From the IMG/VR virus record IMGVR_UViG_3300009705_003699: a stretch of DNA of 20,000 nucleotides, one strand, 5' to 3'. This stretch comes from an uncultured virus (IMG/VR IMGVR_UViG_3300009705_003699). Lineage: Duplodnaviria; Heunggongvirae; Uroviricota; Caudoviricetes. Shown here in pieces: positions 17,121 to 20,000 of this stretch (position 1 is its first letter; each line of letters begins with the position of its first letter). The notes below the pieces were generated by a model. The model was not told where the DNA came from and did no database searches. It saw only the letters and a program-made list of their open reading frames with translations. The translations under genes and the position numbers were made by a program.

Positions 17121-17594
17121 TTAGGCGTCAAAAGTTAGAGTACCATCGGGAGTATCTACTGATACCATCCAGCCGGAGACCAAAGGTTGTGTTTTCATAA
17201 AATTCTCAAAAGGAATTTCTAAATCAACAGAAAGGGTGCAAAACCCGCGCTTATGATCATACTTTTCGGTAGAATACTCAATGAAGCCCTGATCGTAAAA
17301 ATTATCTGAAATGGTTTCTGCAAGGAAAGAAGGAAAATCTCCATTTCTATCATAGTCTTCTAAAAATCCATCATCGCGCATTGATTGAATAACATCCCCG
17401 CCAAATCGAGTCGATGCTCTGAGCCCTGGGGTCGCAATCAGTTCAGAGAAAGTGCTAACAACATCGGTTTCTGATAAAGCGGTATCTACTTCAGTTTCGT
17501 TATGTACGAATACATCGACGCCATCACTATAACTTAAGCCGACTATGGCGTCTGCTTCAAGGTTAAGCTTTTTTAGTTTATTTACAATGGACAT
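17121..17594 (-). CDS. Hypothetical acidic protein
   Basis: 157-aa ORF starting 1 nt after the upstream stop and ending just before tRNA-Asn. Confidence 0.75.
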   Translation of the reverse strand: MSIVNKLKKLNLEADAIVGLSYSDGVDVFVHNETEVDTALSETDVVSTFSELIATPGLRASTRFGGDVIQSMRDDGFLEDYDRNGDFPSFLAETISDNFYDQGFIEYSTEKYDHKRGFCTLSVDLEIPFENFMKTQPLVSGWMVSVDTPDGTLTFDA

Positions 17595-17595
17595 A

Positions 17596-17793
17596 TTAAT
17601 CTCCCACTTTATCTGTTAAGTATTTAACATCTGATGCAACGGCGTTTTTGAACTGTTCTATATTTGACTTAAGTAATGAAATCTCATCGTTAAGTTGGCT
17701 TATCCTCTGTAATGCACTCGTCAGAGTGTCGTTTTGTTTATTGAGCATTTCCTTGAGTTGCGTTGTACTCTTGCTCTCGTTTATTGGTGGCAT
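17596..17793 (-). CDS. Hypothetical coiled-coil protein
   Basis: Heptad Leu/Ile pattern; start placed at the ATG at 17793, after AAGGAG. Confidence 0.7.
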   Translation of the reverse strand: MPPINESKSTTQLKEMLNKQNDTLTSALQRISQLNDEISLLKSNIEQFKNAVASDVKYLTDKVGD

Positions 17794-17833
17794 ATTTTTC
17801 TCCTTTTTTGAAAATAGTTTCCACATATTTGAA

Positions 17834-17910
17834 TGGCTCCCGCTCGCAGACTTGAACTGCGGACCCTCTGATTAACAGTCAGATGCTCTAACCAGCTGAG
17901 CTAAGCGGGA
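17834..17910 (-). tRNA. tRNA-Asn (GTT), canonical
   Basis: TCCCGCTTAGCTCAGCTGGTTAGAGCA-TCTGA CT GTT AA TCAGA-GGGTCCGCAGTTCAAGTCTGCGAGCGGGAGCCA. Confidence 0.97.
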
Positions 17911-17918
17911 ATATACAT

Positions 17919-17947
17919 ATATTAACTTGTTTATGGTAAAGTGTCAA
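17919..17947 (-). promoter_or_regulatory. Sigma70-type promoter upstream of tRNA-Asn
   Basis: TTGACA (17947-17942), 17-nt spacer, TAATAT (17924-17919), ending 8 nt before the tRNA 5' end. Confidence 0.65.
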
Positions 17948-18456
17948 GAAAAATTCCATAAATAATCTGCCCATATGGGGCTAACATTTTCTTTCTTTAT
18001 AGATCTTAAAATACTATCTTTTGGTTTTAATGGAATTCTCAAGGGGAACATCTTTGCTTCTATCGGTGTTCTATTCCCCTTTCTCTGGTTACATCTCTTA
18101 CAAGCAGTGACCAAATTTTGCCAGGTGTTTTTTCCACCTCTTGATTTTGGAACCACGTGGTCTATCGTTAGTTTTCCAGGAGAAAATTTATTTCTACAAT
18201 ATTGACATTTATCTTGATCTCGCCATAAAATATTTTGTCTATTACATGCAATATATGAGAATCGATATTTGACATAGCAAGTAAGTGCTATTACCGCGGG
18301 TAATCTAAATGTTTCCGCCACTGAGTGTATTTCTTTTGAATAGCTCTCAACGGCGCGGGCTTTGCCGACCAAACAAAGAACAAGCGCCTCAACCGAATCT
18401 ATAATATCTACCGGTCTGAAGGATGAATCTAACTTTAGTGCCTTCATTGTATCCAT
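17944..18456 (-). CDS. HNH endonuclease (McrA-like, Zn-binding)
   Basis: RD..CQYC, TIDHVVPKSRGG, W.NLVTACKRCN..KG. The start may be the second ATG (18447). Confidence 0.93.
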   Translation of the reverse strand: MDTMKALKLDSSFRPVDIIDSVEALVLCLVGKARAVESYSKEIHSVAETFRLPAVIALTCYVKYRFSYIACNRQNILWRDQDKCQYCRNKFSPGKLTIDHVVPKSRGGKNTWQNLVTACKRCNQRKGNRTPIEAKMFPLRIPLKPKDSILRSIKKENVSPIWADYLWNFS

Positions 18457-18488
18457 ATTTATAATTATGCTTAAACAGGTGTTATAGC

Positions 18489-18983
18489 TTATCTTTCGGA
18501 AGGTTTTTCGGAAACTCTAACCGGAGGTGGATTAAATTCACGAGTTCTTTTAATAAGCTCGGAAGAACTCTCTATTTTTTCGTCTCCTCCAATTTCCCAT
18601 AACAATTTAACACCAAGTTTTTCACAAACATCTTGCTCCGGTGTGTTGGAGCGGCCGCGGTCCCCGCCATTGGCAAAATAATCTGGTTTATGGCGAAGGA
18701 TGGCTTTACAAACAGTACCATCAGCATCATCGACAGAATCAACAATTAGCACCCCTTTAATAGAATTTAAAATTTCATATCTTGAATTAAATTCCATAAA
18801 AACAAATCCTTTCTTCCTGTGAAGCCAGTCGTCAGAATTGGCTATAACAATAACATCTCCATATTTTGCTGCAGCCAATATCATTCTAATATGCCCCACA
18901 TGTACTGGGTCAAATCCTCCGGAAACCATTACTGTAGGTTTTTTTTCCTTCTCGTCGTTAAACATTTCTCTATGTATTGTCAT
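18489..18983 (-). CDS. HIGH-superfamily adenylyl/cytidylyltransferase
   Basis: SGGFDPVHVGH, NSD.WL..KKG, FANGGDR, K..SSS. Confidence 0.88.
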   Translation of the reverse strand: MTIHREMFNDEKEKKPTVMVSGGFDPVHVGHIRMILAAAKYGDVIVIANSDDWLHRKKGFVFMEFNSRYEILNSIKGVLIVDSVDDADGTVCKAILRHKPDYFANGGDRGRSNTPEQDVCEKLGVKLLWEIGGDEKIESSSELIKRTREFNPPPVRVSEKPSER

Positions 18984-19473
18984 TTATAAACTCCAAATTT
19001 GTTTTTTCTATGTTACATAATAACAGTATGCGATGTAATTTTGCAGGAGACAAATCAGATTGATCAAATATTTTAATTATTTTCCAATCAATTACGCAAG
19101 ATATTCTCAATGCATACAAGATCCATTCACTACAATACCATTTATTTTCTTGTTTTATACGAAAAGGTAAAAACTGAGATAATAACATCCCTACCCAATC
19201 ATATTTAGTTCCCTTAGTCAAATCATAAAAATCAATAATATCTTTATATTGTTCTTCGGTTACATTAATTTTAAAAAAATCCCACTTATTTGGGTTGTAA
19301 TCCTCTACTGTTCTTTTTACTACTTCTGCATTGATATAAGGACTTATTCCAATCCATGTTTTCTTATCCTCGAGTATTAATTCAGCGTGGCTATATCGAC
19401 TTTTTGTCCACTTTCGAACAACACAATTAATGAAAGTTCCCTTTCCTTTAAACAGGGCGATCCATATCTTCAT
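18970..19473 (-). CDS. Permuted papain-like (YiiX/YebB-type NlpC/P60) amidase
   Basis: His-before-Cys order: YSHAEL, KYDW, WYCSE, late SP motif. Confidence 0.8.
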   Translation of the reverse strand: MKIWIALFKGKGTFINCVVRKWTKSRYSHAELILEDKKTWIGISPYINAEVVKRTVEDYNPNKWDFFKINVTEEQYKDIIDFYDLTKGTKYDWVGMLLSQFLPFRIKQENKWYCSEWILYALRISCVIDWKIIKIFDQSDLSPAKLHRILLLCNIEKTNLEFINDNT

Positions 19474-19486
19474 ATAAGTACTTATT

Positions 19487-19687
19487 TTATTTCTTGTTTT
19501 TTGTGTGTTTGTTCATATAATTTATATTATTTCTTTTTTCTAATACTGCTCTTTCGATCTCTTCAGTCTCTAAATCGTATTTTTCTTTAATGTCCCAAAG
19601 GGCAATTTCTAGAGAGTCTTCAAGCTCGAGTGTCGGCTTTTTTAATGCGGTATTATTTTTCTTATTAAACCAATTGAATATAAACAT
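19487..19687 (-). CDS. Hypothetical protein
   Basis: Part of track ORF 19487-19750 downstream of the tmRNA 3' end (MFIFNWF...). Confidence 0.55.
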   Translation of the reverse strand: MFIFNWFNKKNNTALKKPTLELEDSLEIALWDIKEKYDLETEEIERAVLEKRNNINYMNKHTKNKK

Positions 19688-19695
19688 TTTTTTAA

Positions 19696-20000
19696 TGGTG
19701 GAGATGGCGGGAATCGAACCCGCGTCCAAAATAAGTCTAATTGTAGTCATTCACAAGTTTGTCTAATTTATTCCCAAATTAGTAAGGTAGCCACAAAAAC
19801 CCGTTTCCTATGTAGCCTTGGAAATCCACTCATCCCTACAGTCGGACTTTCACCGATAATAATGAGGTAACCATTACGATTTTTTTATTTCGCAGGATCT
19901 CTACCTGTTATCTTAAATTGGGTAGTAAGGCTTTAAGAAACCCCACCGATTAAGCCGCTAAGCGGACAGATTCGAAGTTGTTATTGTTATTAGCAATTAT
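19696..20000 (-). ncRNA. ssrA: tmRNA (5' end outside the window)
   Basis: 3' tRNA-like end GGACGCGGGTTCGATTCCCGCCATCTCCACCA (U70, A73, CCA at 19696) plus tag frame ATAATT-GCT...GCG GCT TAA at 19994-19950. Confidence 0.95.
19950..19994 (-). other. tmRNA proteolysis tag reading frame ANNNNNFESVRLAA*
   Basis: GCT AAT AAC AAT AAC AAC TTC GAA TCT GTC CGC TTA GCG GCT TAA, preceded by the resume context ATAATT. Confidence 0.92.

Noticed and set aside
17944..18456. HNH as an intron- or intein-encoded homing endonuclease
   Set aside because: The flanking genes are complete and unrelated; it looks like a free-standing McrA-like HNH.
19688..19750. N-terminal extension of ORF 19487-19750
   Set aside because: It overlaps the tmRNA 3' end; AGSIPAIST is simply the translated T-arm and acceptor stem.

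Overview
AT-rich, densely packed window in which every credible gene is on the minus strand, with many overlapping stop/start codons. It is most consistent with a large (jumbo/huge) bacteriophage genome in standard code 11; this origin is inferred, as no virion gene is in the window. Positions 1-13.3 kb form one apparent glycan-synthesis and decoration operon. It encodes two GT4 and three other glycosyltransferase(-like) proteins, a split ADP-heptose cassette (hldD, hldC, hldA, a HAD phosphatase and a cupin), GDP-mannose 4,6-dehydratase, a sulfotransferase, a minimal DegT-like aminotransferase, four methyltransferases and a DUF4254-like protein. The operon is headed by a Cas4-like PD-(D/E)XK nuclease behind a near-consensus sigma70 promoter. 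Positions 14.1-20 kb hold an HExxH protein, PIN-PhoH, an HNH nuclease, a second HIGH-family nucleotidyltransferase, a permuted papain-like amidase, hypothetical proteins, tRNA-Gly(GCC), two unrelated tRNA-Asn(GTT) genes and the 3' ~300 nt of a tmRNA (tag ANNNNNFESVRLAA). The most interesting lead is the five-gene heptose cassette, in which a lyxose/mannose-isomerase-like cupin and a small HAD protein sit where GmhA and GmhB would be needed. All family calls come from motif recognition, not database searches.
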